DNA from: Octopus vulgaris
Lineage: Eukaryota
Assembly (NCBI GenBank): GCA_951406725.2
Contig: OX597819.1
Span: 121,644,001 to 121,708,000 of the forward strand
Direction: 5' to 3'
DNA length: 64,000 nucleotides
Shown: piece by piece, positions 53,232 through 64,000 of the stretch
Layout of the letters: each line of letters starts with the position of its first letter
How positions within the stretch are numbered: the stretch's first letter is position 1
Made by a program: the position numbers and the translations under genes
The notes under the pieces: generated by a model
What the model saw: only the letters and a program-made list of their open reading frames with translations
Database searches by the model: none
What the model was told of the DNA's origin: nothing

Positions 53232-56227
53232 GTTCTGACGAAGAAGGATCGAAAAAGATCCGTTTGGATTCTGATCATTTGGTATCCGAAGCTGAAGAAT
53301 CTGATACTTGTACAGAGTCTGGATCTCCTCTTCCAAAACCCATAAAAGTTGGTCAACTGTACCAATGTCCATGTTGTTCCTACTCAGCAGAAAAACTCTC
53401 TGGGTTAAACCGCCACAGAAGAATACATAACAGGTCAGCGAAAGAGTGTGAAGAAACCCCACCGAATAAACCGATCCTGAAATCTGAGACATTTTGCAAA
53501 GAGTGTAACATACAATTCAGTTCAGTAAATACATTTAGAGGCCACAAGAAATTTTATTGTTCCCGTCGGAACAAAGAACCTCGGAAAGTAGAGTCTCCAA
53601 ATGTATTAAGTAAGCCTGAAATTGGAACGCAGAGTCCCGTGAATTCACTGACGCCAGTTACACATCATTTGCAAAATGTTCCTTATCATGTGACCGCGGG
53701 AAGCTCAGTGCTGTCGACGCAGACAGCAGTGATCGTAGCAGCCCCTATCTTAGCGCCGAACGGCATCCCAAGCCTTGCATTCACCGTACCAACCGTCATC
53801 GTACAACCAGTCGTTTCTTCTGCTAACCTCACCCAGCCTGCCCAGGCCCACCAAACCACCATTCCTACGTCGAATTCAAGCAAAGATCAACCATTAGATT
53901 TAAGTACTAAGAAGGACGATGCCAAACCAGAAGAGAAAGTCGCAGTTGAACCGCTTTCACCAACAGTTTCAGAATCTTCAGATACGAGGAACCGAATCAA
54001 AGAAGAGTTCGATTCCACATCTGCAGAAAGAAAATCAGTTTCTGAAAGTTCTTCATCTTCTTCAGCCTCGTCTGCTTCATCTTCTTCATGTTCTGCCACC
54101 ACTACTACCACAGCTACCACCACGACTACCACTGCTACTGCTGCTGCTATCGCTGCCACAACTTGGTCGACCACAGAACCTAATGTCCTCAACCAGTTTT
54201 TCAAACAAGCGGCCCAACAATACCCACACCAAACGGCTTTGATCACTTCTCCGAGCGGTCAAACGACAACAGCGCATGTCAGCAAATGTATGGAATGCAA
54301 CATTGTCTTCTATAAACACGAGAACTTCATCGCCCACAAGCAGCACTACTGTGCCAGTAGGAGGGCAGTGAAGACCTCGCCGCAAATATCCCCAAAACTG
54401 TCCCCACGTGAGGTGGCAGAGTCCAATTCTAGCAGTGTGGTGCTTGCTAAGAAATCTCCTGAACTCATCAATAAACCATCCATATCGTTGAACAGTGAAG
54501 AAAAACTCGATCTTCTCAACAACAGCAGTAGAACCCATGTGATGTCTGCCGAGAACTCTGAAAAGAAAGCTAATTTCAGCTATTACTGTGTCCCTTGTAA
54601 AATAAAGTTCAGTTCAGCATCGACCCTAAAGGCCCACAAAGATTATTATTGTCCACATGGTAAAAACAGTGAACAGTCGTTAATTTTATGTAAGGCCGAT
54701 GGTCATTCTGAAAGCAGTTGTAGTGAGGCAGATGATAACTCTTTGGAGGACAGTTTTTATACATGTAACCACTGCCACACTTCATATACTTCATCTAGGT
54801 TATACCGACACCACTACTGTCCTGCTAATATGCAGAACCCAATGGTACGCTGCCCACATTGTGATTATGTTGCCCCCACTCAGAACAAATTGACCGAGCA
54901 CATGAAAGCTCACACCTCTTCACGAGGCTACAAGTGTTTATTGTGTGGTTACCGTGGCAATACTGTACGGGGCATGCGAATGCATGGCAAGACTCATACA
55001 GACAACGGTGAGGAATTTAACGAGAAACATGTCTTGGAGGTCGAAGAGCCTCCGCTTCTGCCAGTTTCTTTCAAAAATGGTACGTCTGATGTGTTTGGAA
55101 GTTTAGACATGGAAGCTGAACTGATTCGACTGAAGAATGAGCCGTACAAAAGAAGGAGATCTCGAAAATCCTACGAACGTATGGATATATCAAATCACGA
55201 ACTTTTGCATGCCTGCAAGATATGTGGGGAGACTTTTAGTGACATGAAGGCATTCCAGATGCATAATTCTATTCACCGAACTTCTCCTTTAGTATCACAT
55301 ACGATTCCAAGGCCGAAATCTGTGAATAACAACAAAGACTTAGAAGATTCTAGTCCCGGCAACAGCCAACTTCACAATATCCATGTCACTCCTTGTTTGG
55401 ATCAAAATGCTACAATAACATCGAAAAAATTCAAATACACAGAAAATGCTGATCCGAACAGCACTCCTTTAAAATGTTTTCCGAAAACATCTGGTGAAAT
55501 CTCTCCAACGTTGAGTCAACCTCGGAAAACCCCATCTTACAACAGTAATGTTCTCTGTCTGAAATACGAAGACAGTAAAGATGGAAATCTGAAGAACGTA
55601 GTGAATGCGTTCCAGTCTGCGAGTGTGCAGAATAGCGCCGAAGAACCTGTCGCAAACGACCACCAAACTAAGACAGCTCCTTCGATCAGTCCCTTAATCC
55701 AGGTAAAACCTGAGCCCATCGATCATGGCTATGATAAAGCTGAGAATAACATGAATGGGCCTGCTCAAAGTAACAGCCCTTCTTTGTCGGAAATTGCTAA
55801 TATTTGTGTGAAAATTGAGGCCGAGAAGGAAGAGTGCAGTGAAAGGAGAGACGCCAGTTTGAACCTGACCCCACCAAAAGAAGAATCTTCTGTTCCGCCA
55901 CATTCCAAACTAGAAACCTCCACAAACCATACCCCCAAAACCTCTCCCTCTCCTCCCCGGCCCTCCTCCACTCCTTCCTCTCCTACTGCCGCTCCTCTCT
56001 CTGTCCTAGCATCTGCATCGTCACCTATCTATGTATATAACAAATCCCAATACCTGAAAGGGGAGAGAACTGATTCTCCCTCTAACCACGTGCCAGAGAC
56101 ACACCTCTCCAAATATTGCCAGCAATGTGATATTAGTTTTACTTACTTAGCGACGTTCTTAGCTCACAAAAAACATTATTGTAGTGCCCGATTTCCGACA
56201 GAGCCGAAACCATCTGTGACTGCTTAA
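53232..56227 (+). CDS. ush: FOG/U-shaped terminal coding exon: 9 zinc fingers, PLDLS CtBP motif, basic KRRRSRK motif
   Basis: ttgcag|GT acceptor (phase 1), open to TAA at 56225-56227. CCHC fingers CKEC..HKKFYC, CMEC..HKQHYC, CVPC..HKDYYC, CQQC..HKKHYC plus one atypical finger. C2H2 fingers CPCC, CPHC, CLLC, CKIC. PLDLS at 53891-53905. This combination is diagnostic of FOG/Ush. Confidence 0.95.
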
Positions 56228-56360
56228 ATATCTTGCTTTTTAACGAAAGGATTGCTTCTGGTGCAATTCATACAGACTCTCTCACACACACATACACACA
56301 CAAACACACACACGAACAACCTCAATAGGAAATGTATATTAAGAAAAGAAAAAAAAAAAA

Positions 56361-56720
56361 GTGGCACCTTGGGCAAGTGTTTTCTACTATAGCCTCGGGC
56401 CGACCAAAGCCTTGTGAGTGGATTTGGTAGACGGAAACTGAAAGAAGCCCATCGTATGTATGTATATATATATATATATGCGTGTGTGTGTTTGTGTGTC
56501 TGTGTTTGTCCCCCTAGCATTGCTTGACAACCGATGCTGGTGTGTTTATGTCCCCGTTACTTAGCGGTTCGGCAAAAGAGACCGATAGAATAAGTACTGG
56601 GCTTACAAAAGAATAAGTACTGGGCTTACAAAAGAATAAGTCCCGGGGTCGAGTTGCTCGATTAAAGGCGGTGCTCCAGCATGGCCGCAGTCAAAATGAC
56701 TGAAACTAATAAAAGAGTAA
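56361..56720 (+). mobile_element. 5'-truncated SINE family A in the putative 3' UTR
   Basis: Begins after an A run ~130 nt past the stop codon. Internal tandem duplication of AGAATAAGTACTGGGCTTACAAA. Confidence 0.9.
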
Positions 56721-57184
56721 AATAAAATGAATAAATAAATAAAATTAAAATTTACAATTAAAGAAATATAATTATTAAAATTGACAAATAATTAAAAGGA
56801 GACGAAGAGAGTGAAAGAAAACAAAAAAGAAAAAATTTAAAAAATTACAAATGATAAAATAAATTAAAACAAATTTGAAAATATTAATAATGACAACAAC
56901 AACAACAATACTAATAATGATAATAATAATAATAATAATAATAATATTAAGCAAATAAAATTTATACTGAGTCCACTGTGAACACTCAGGATTAAAATTT
57001 GATGTCTATAATTGTTTCCCCTTTATGTCTTTTTTTTTTTTTTTTTTCAAGAAGAATGAAATAAAGAACAGAAGACAAAAAACATTTAAAATTTAAAAAA
57101 ATATTAATTATAAAAAAAAAGAGAAAAAAACCCAAACAAAGCAAAGAGAAACAGACACATACATATACATACACACATTTACAG

Positions 57185-57239
<55 letters not shown>

Positions 57240-57458
57240 CACATATAAATATACAGATTACTATATGAACACACACAGAGAAAAATAAGCCATTTACCAC
57301 CACCACCACCACCACCACCACCACCACCGCCGCCACCACCACCATCAATAATTACAGCAGCAACAACAACAACAACAACAGCAACTGTATCTGAGATATT
57401 TTTAATGCGTGTGCATGAAATATATAACGTTAGTTGATATTGTTTACAACAATATGGA

Positions 57459-57528
57459 AATAAAGAAAAATATTAAAACAATAAAAAAGATCTGTGTTTT
57501 TTGTTTTGTTTTGTTGTGTTTGATGTCG
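57459..57528 (+). terminator. Candidate polyadenylation signal of the FOG gene
   Basis: AATAAA at 57459 and 57480 followed by a GT-rich tract (57491-57528). Other AATAAA hexamers occur earlier in the AT-rich UTR, so the true site is uncertain. Confidence 0.45.
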
Positions 57529-58391
57529 TAGTTACTGTTTAACCCCGAGTTGGGTTGGACCTGGTTTTCGAGTAGATTCTACGATCAAAGGTGTTTGCAA
57601 ATATGACAGCGTGACCACTTGCATCTCTTTGCATTTCTACAGCTGCAGAATTGTTTATTTTCAGGGTATTTTTTTTCATGGTTTTGGTAAAAATAATATT
57701 TTATCATGTATTTTATCTAATTCCGTGTTATATATCATCATCATCATCATCATCATCATCATTGGTTAACGTCTGTCTTCCATGTGTTGGAGAGTTTGAC
57801 AGGAGCTTACAAGTCTGAGGATTGCACCAGGCGCCGTTGTATGAGTTGGCTGTGTTTTTATGTTTTGGATACCTTTCCTTAATGCCAACCACATTACAGA
57901 GTAGACAAGGTGCTTTTTACATGCTTTTTTACTTTATATATATATATCCTCATCATCATCACCATCATCGTTTAACGTCCGTTTTCCATGCTAGCATGGG
58001 TTGGATGGTTTGACCGGGGTCTGGGAAGCCAGGAGGCTTCACCAGGCTCCAGTCTGATCTGGCAATGTTTCTACGGCTGGATGCCCTTCCTAATGCCAAA
58101 CACTCTGTGAGTGTAGTGGGTGCTTTTTACGTGCCACCTGCACAGGTACCAGGGCAGGCTGGCAGCAGCCATGATCGGTTGGTGCTTTTAACATGCCATC
58201 GGCACAGAAGCCAGTCAAGGCGGTATATATATATATAAATAGATGAGTGTATTTTTACCTTGTTAACAATTAACACGGAAAAATAAATAAATAGTTACCA
58301 GGGCAGCAAAAATCTCACAAGTAAAGATGTTGTAACTCCTTGTTTATAAAGGTTGAAACTTCTTATTTACGCTGAATATTTGAATAATATG

Positions 58392-58497
58392 AATAAAAAA
58401 TGGAGTTAACGCAGGTGTAAACAAATATTTTTACTTTCGACACATGTTTCGAAAGTAAAAATATTTGTTTACACCTGCGTTAACTCCATTTTTTATT
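58392..58497. repeat. 106-nt inverted repeat with 49-bp perfect arms
   Basis: 58392-58440 is the exact reverse complement of 58449-58497. Centre CACATGTT. Confidence 0.95.
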
Positions 58498-58770
58498 TAT
58501 ATATATATATATATATATGTCACTTTAATTACAAACCTGGATTCAACAACACTGTGTATAAACTCTATATGTGGAATGACCAATTTTAAATTCTGTTGGA
58601 TTTTACTCATAAGGTACTGGAATCATATATGTATACCATTCTGCCTAAAAAAATGGATCTACAAATTCAATATCCCTACATATCTCACATCTATTTCCTT
58701 TATTTCCTCCACCTCACTCTCTATTTTATATCTTATCTAAACTAACTATTTCTTAACTGTCCTCTCACAC

Positions 58771-58824
58771 GGTCTCTGATGAAGGGATATAATAAATAAA
58801 TATCCTGGAAACAGCTGTAAGACC
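58771..58824 (+). ncRNA. Minimal type I hammerhead ribozyme (Penelope-like)
   Basis: GGTCT-CTGATGA-A-GGGATAT-loop-ATATCCT-G-GAAA-C-AGCT-G-TA-AGACC. Stem I GGTCT/AGACC, 7-bp stem II, both core boxes, palindromic mini stem III, GUA cleavage triplet. Confidence 0.8.
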
Positions 58825-58906
58825 TTCTATCTATAAATGTTCTAAAATCTACACAGCCTTGGTTTTTTATCTCATTACGAAATAAAATTTTTATATATGT
58901 ATACAC

Positions 58907-58986
<80 letters not shown>

Positions 58987-58989
<3 letters not shown>

Positions 58990-59852
58990 TGCAGGAGTGG
59001 CTGTGTGGTATGTTGCTTGCTTACCGACCACATGGTTCCGGGTTCAGTCTTACTGTGTGGCACCTTGGGCAAGTATCTTCTACTATAGCCTCAGGCTGAC
59101 CAAAACCTTGTGAGTGGATTTGGTAGATGGAAACTGAAAGAAACCTTTCGTATATATCTTTGTGTATATCTATATATTATATACATATATGCCCACACAC
59201 TCACACATATATATACATGTATGTGTGTGTTATATGTTCGTGTGTCTGTGTTTGTACCCCACCATTGTTTGACAACCAATGCTAGTGTGTTTATGCCCCC
59301 GTAACTTAGTGGTTCAGCAAAAGAGACCTATAGAATAAGTACTAGGCTTACGAAGAAAAAGTCCTGGGGTTGATTTGCCTGACTAAAGGCAGTGCTCCAG
59401 CATGGCTGCAGTCAAATGACTGAAACAAATAAAAGAATATATAGATAGATATAGCCACTCCTAGATGTAGGCGCAGGAGTGGCTGTGTGGTAAGTAGCTT
59501 GTTTACCAACCACTTGGTTCCGGGTTCAGTTCCACTGTGTGGCACCTTGGGCAAGTGTCTTCTACTATAGCCTCGGGCTGACCAAAGCCTTGTGAGTGGA
59601 TTTGGTAGACGGAAACTGAAAGAAGCCCGTCGTATATATGTATATATATGTGTGTGTCTGTGTTTGTCCCCCTAGCATTGCTTGACAAACGATGCTGGTG
59701 TGTTTATGTCCCCGTTACCTAGCGGTTCGGCAAAAGAGGCCGATAGAATAAGTACTGGGCTTACAAAAGAATAAGTCCTGGGGTCGAGTTGCTCGATTAA
59801 AGGCGGTGCTCCAGCATGGCCGCAGTCAAATGACTGAAACAAGTAAAAGAGT
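58987..59852 (+). mobile_element. Two tandem SINE family A copies (58987-59437, 59469-59852)
   Basis: Both have full heads and tails. Confidence 0.9.
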
Positions 59853-60271
59853 ATAGGTATAGCTATATATGTATATATATATATATATTATGCTTATATA
59901 AATATATATATATATATGCTTATATATATATATATATATACATACATATATATGCAGTTATATCTCATTTATATATACACATTTATATCTCATTTATATA
60001 AATACATATATATGTTGTCATCAGCATCATCATCACCAACTTGATCAGTAGTAGCAGCAGAATCCTCTTCTTCACTCTCAGGTTCCTCCTACTCTTCATC
60101 ATCATCATCATCACCATTATATGTATACTTTTTCTCTGGTGGCATATGCTACATGTGTTGCTTTTGTTTTTGATGGTGGGGGGTGGGGCAGTATTTTACT
60201 GCAAGATGCTCTTCCTATTGCCAACACTATACTTTTCAAGTAAAGTGTTTCATTTACTTGAAATTTGCATC

Positions 60272-60413
60272 TTGAAATTTCCCCAAGACACCCGATGAAG
60301 GCTGGAGAGTGTATCAGCCGAAAGGTTGTGTTAACGACAAACAAGATGAGGAGAAATATCCATCAATTGTAAATAATGTACATAATTCCTCATGTCTTAA
60401 ATATAGAACTGTA
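60272..60413 (+). mobile_element. Second, 5'-truncated copy of the hammerhead-bearing element
   Basis: Colinear with 9424-9530: GACAC-CCGATGA-A-GGCTG...CAGCC-GAAAG-GTT-GTGTT. Confidence 0.7.
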
Positions 60414-60545
60414 TGTATGCTTGCTATTATAAAATAGGATCATATATTCACAAATTAATGCAAATAAAGAACGATAGTTTGCTCATCAGATCATCAGAGC
60501 AAAATGCTTTCACCAATAATTCGACTGTGTATATATATGGATGTA

Positions 60546-60941
60546 TACTCTTTTACTTGTTTCAGTCATTTGACTGCGGCCATGCTGGAGCACCGCATTT
60601 AGTCGAGCAAATCGACCCCAGGATTTATTCTTTGTAAGCCCAGTACTTATTCTATCGGTCTCTTTTGCCGAACCGCTAAGTGACGGGGACGTAAACACAC
60701 CAGCATTGGTTGTCAAGCAATGCTAGGGGGACAAACACAGACACAAACACACACACACACACACATATATATATACATATATACGACGGGCTTCTTTCAG
60801 TTTCCGTCTACCAAATCCACTCACAAGGCTTTGGTTGGCCCGAGGCTATAGTCGAAGACACTTGCCCAAGATGCCACGCAGTGGGACTGAACCTGGAACC
60901 ATGTGGTTGCTAAGCAGGCTGCTTACCACACAGCCACTCCT
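60546..60941 (-). mobile_element. SINE family A, full length
   Basis: Close reverse complement of 59469-59852. Confidence 0.9.
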
Positions 60942-61266
60942 ATGTATATATTGTTAATGTTTGAATAAGTATCAGCTTATGATATTATTCAGTTCTTGAA
61001 TGATGTTGAAAAGGTCTTTATACTGTACTTTAAGAGGATTTTATGAGCAATTTAAGTTTCATGCTGGATGAAAATAAGCCAAATTTGTTTTTGCCTTGTA
61101 TTGTATTCGTCAGGGTGTGAAATATAGTAATGGCTGCTTGAAATGTCAGAGTTCACAGTAATTGGGAGAATAAAAGGGGTGGTAACTCTTGGACTCAGAA
61201 AGCTAAGTTAAGTCCCTTACCTATGGTAGCTACTGCACTCTTTGTGCCTCAGTATTTAAACCAGCC

Positions 61267-61663
61267 AAGGCGGCGAGCTGGCAGAAACGTTAGCACGCCG
61301 GACGCCGCATTTCGTCTGCCGTTATGTTCTGAGTTCAAATTCCGCCGAGGTCGACTTTGCCTTTCATCCTTTCGGGGTCGATAAATTAAGTACCAGTTAC
61401 GCACTGGGAACGATGTAATCGACTTAATCCGTTTGTCTGTCCTTGTTTGTCCCCTTTGTGTGTAGCCCCTTGTGGGAAATAAAGAAATAGGTATTTCGTC
61501 TGACTTTACGTTCTGAGTTCAAATTCTGCCGAGGTCGACTTTGCCTTTCATCCTTTCGGGGTCGATAAAATAAGTACCAGTTACGCACTGGGATCGATAT
61601 AATCGACTTAATCCGTTTGTCTGTCCCCACTGTGTTTAGCCCCTTGTGGGTAGTAAAGAAATA
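61267..61663 (+). mobile_element. Dimeric SINE family B with target-site duplication
   Basis: AGTATTTAAACCAG at 61251-61264 and 61664-61677. Confidence 0.88.
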
Positions 61664-62269
61664 AGTATTTAAACCAGGCATTTCCAGCTGAAATATTTGT
61701 CCTGTTTTATGCTCAAACCAGCCAGCTCTGGCTTATCACACCTACCCTGCAAAACAATCAGGGTAGGTGTCTTTGTGTCTGTGTTTGCTCCCCGCCTCCG
61801 GGTTTCACAACCAGTGTTGGAGTCTTTATTTTCCACCATCATTTTTACTTGTTTCAGTCATTTGACTGTGGCCATGCTGGAGCACCACCTTTACTCGAGC
61901 AAACCGACCCCAGGACTGATTAGGTGTGATTAGACTCAACTTTAGAGTTTAGGCTTAAAAAGAAGGTGGAAGAATTGTGAGTAGGAAAACCTAATTTTGT
62001 GTGGATGGGGAGGACTGTAGAAAAATTAAAGTACGAGTAAATAAAGTACGAGACAGAAGGTTTGTAAATGGTGTCTTATTGAAAATAAGATACTATCTGT
62101 GAATTCTGAAATGCCCTGGAAGGATGGAAATGATGGAGATGAGCTGCTCTTGCACAAGTATGATAAAATTGATACAAGGAGTCTGTAACTTCGGCTGCAG
62201 ATGGAGCAACGGTTCAAGAGGTAAAAAAAACAAAAACATAATTCTCTACTCAGTTCCATTCTGTAATTA

Positions 62270-62700
62270 TTCTTTTATTCTTTTACTTGTTTCAGTCATT
62301 TGACTGTGGCCATGCTGGAGCACCGCCTTTAATCGAGCAAATCGCCCCCGGGAATTATTGTTTGTAAGCCTATCGGTCTCTTTTGCCGAACCGCTAAGTT
62401 ACGGGTAAATACACCAAGATCGGTTGTCAGGCGATGGTAGAGGGACAAACACATACACACAAACATACACACACACACACGCATACACACACATACATAC
62501 ACACACACACACATATATACATATACATATACATACATAAATACGATGGGTTTCCGTCTACCATATCCACTCACGAGGCTTTGGTCTGCCCGAGGCTATA
62601 GTAGTAGAAGACACTTGCCCAAGGTGCCACGCAGTGGGACTGAACTCGGAACCATATGGTTCGTAAGCAAGCTACTTACTACACAACAACTTCTGCACCT
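62270..62700 (-). mobile_element. SINE family A
   Basis: Tail at left. The head ends ~11 nt from the 3' end of the 5S copy. Confidence 0.85.
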
Positions 62701-62711
62701 AAAAGTGTGAG

Positions 62712-62831
62712 ATGCTTACAGCACCTAGGTTTCCCAAGCGGTCACCCATCTAAGTTCTCACTAGACTCGCTGTTGCTTAACTCCGGTGATCAGACGAGAA
62801 CCGGTGCTTTCAACGTGATATGGCCGTAAAA
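62712..62831 (-). rRNA. Dispersed 5S rRNA copy, probably a pseudogene
   Basis: Reverse complement reads ..TACGGCCATATCACGTTGAAAGCACCGGTTCTCGTCTGATCACCGGAGTTAAGCAAC..GATGGGTGACCGCTTGGGAA..GGTGCTGTAAGC, ~120 nt and typical of metazoan 5S. The 5' end reads TTTT where GCTT would pair with the 3' AAGC. Single copy, not in an array. Confidence 0.9.
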
Positions 62832-62852
62832 GTTGTTTAATATCCTGGTTTG

Positions 62853-63010
62853 GTGAGTGGCTGTGTGGTAAGTAGCTTGCTAACCAACCACATGGTTCCG
62901 GGTTCAGTCCCACTGCGTGGCATCTTGGGCAAGTGTCTTCTGCTATAGCCCCGGGCCGACCACTGCCTTGTGAGTGGATTTGGTAGACGGAAACTGAAAG
63001 AAGCCTGTCG

Positions 63011-63042
<32 letters not shown>

Positions 63043-63258
63043 CGTTTGTATCTGTGTTTGTGCCCCTAGCATTGCTTAACAACCGATGCTGGTGTGTTTA
63101 CGTCTCCGTCACTTAGCGGTTCGGCAAATGAGACCGATAGAATAAGTACTGGGCTTACAAAAGAATAAGTCCCGGGGTCGAGTTGCTCGATTAAAGGCGG
63201 TGCTCCAGCATGGCCGCAGTCAAATGACTGAAACAAGTAAAAGAGTAAAAGAGTAAAA
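62853..63258 (+). mobile_element. SINE family A, full length
   Basis: Head GAGTGGCTGTGTGG and tail (GTAAAAGA)n. Confidence 0.9.
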
Positions 63259-64000
63259 GGAGTATACCTTTCTTTCCAATTATCTTTTTTTTTTAATTTT
63301 GTCTTCTTCCTACGAAATTTGACAAAAAACAAATTGTTCGAAACATCGATATTTATGCCTTTTCATTACAGCGTAATACATTAACTTCGTTAATGGTTTT
63401 TTTTTTCCTTTCTTTCTCTCCCTTAATTTTTCTTCGTGATTACCCCTAAATCCAGAAAAAATAATTGGCTGCTCAGATACGGAATTTCTTATATAAGTTA
63501 TTCTATTAAGAATTTCACACACGCAAGAACACAAAGATTAGCCAAAGAAAGTTTCTGAATAGTAAAACGCAAGCTAAAAGAAGAATAAAAGAAATAATAA
63601 CCAACAGCATAAAATAATAAACTATAAAACTATTGTGGAGTTACCAGTTAAAGAAATTTTAAATCTGTTGATTATTTTATCTGTTGCAGCATCATTAGAA
63701 TGAACGCTTCTACAAAAACACAACAATAAAAGCGCCTCTATCACCAATTCTTAAAGATAAAACTGAGAACGTCTCGAAACGATAATGGAATTAAGCAAGT
63801 TTCTCTTCTAAACTAACATAAAGGATTCATACAGAAATAAGAGAGAGAGAGAGAGAGAGGGGGGAGGAGATAATAAGAAAGATTAAACATGAACATAGTC
63901 GTGTTTTCTATATAACATAGTGGAAATGTTTGAAAGAAAAGATGTACTATGTTTGTGCAAATATACTTATGCCTGTATGTATAAATGTGTGTATGTGTGC

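Noticed and set aside
53264-56227. Stand-alone 987-aa single-exon gene starting at TTG
   Set aside because: The frame is open back to an acceptor at 53231 whose phase matches the upstream exon, so it is the last exon of the larger gene.
61930-62260. Possible old LINE RT fragment on the minus strand
   Set aside because: Similarity is too faint to assign without a search.
63670-63790. Possible exon after ttttatctgttgcag
   Set aside because: No sustained reading frame or matching donor was found. A few GATA motifs are present but do not support a call.

Overview
Eukaryotic, AT-rich, microsatellite- and SINE-dense DNA whose repeat families look like those of Octopus (inferred, not database-checked). 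The window holds most of one plus-strand gene, a FOG/U-shaped (ZFPM-like) GATA cofactor. Five coding exons are visible (6898-7487, 30348-30465, 50500-50757, 51478-51699, 53232-56227) and they join in frame through GT-AG introns. The protein has a PR/SET-like domain split by two ~20-23 kb introns, 10 zinc fingers (FOG-type CCHC and C2H2) and a PLDLS CtBP motif. I could not find the start-codon exon in the window. The rest is microsatellites, at least four SINE-like families, a DD37D (maT) transposase fossil, piggyBac-, hAT- and Helitron-type non-autonomous elements, R4/Dong-like fragments lodged in (TAA)n, CR1-like and Penelope-like remnants, and a solitary 5S rRNA copy. The most unusual signal is a set of hammerhead-ribozyme/Penelope-type structures: an intact-looking minimal hammerhead (58771-58824), a 106-nt palindrome centred on a hammerhead cleavage motif (58392-58497), and a tRNA-promoter + hammerhead element with an inverted terminal copy (9213-9535). 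Several non-repetitive intronic islands carry GATA/ETS/NK2/RUNX motif clusters that may be enhancers. Almost all short ORFs in the supplied track are microsatellite or SINE artefacts. Repeat boundaries are read by eye and approximate.
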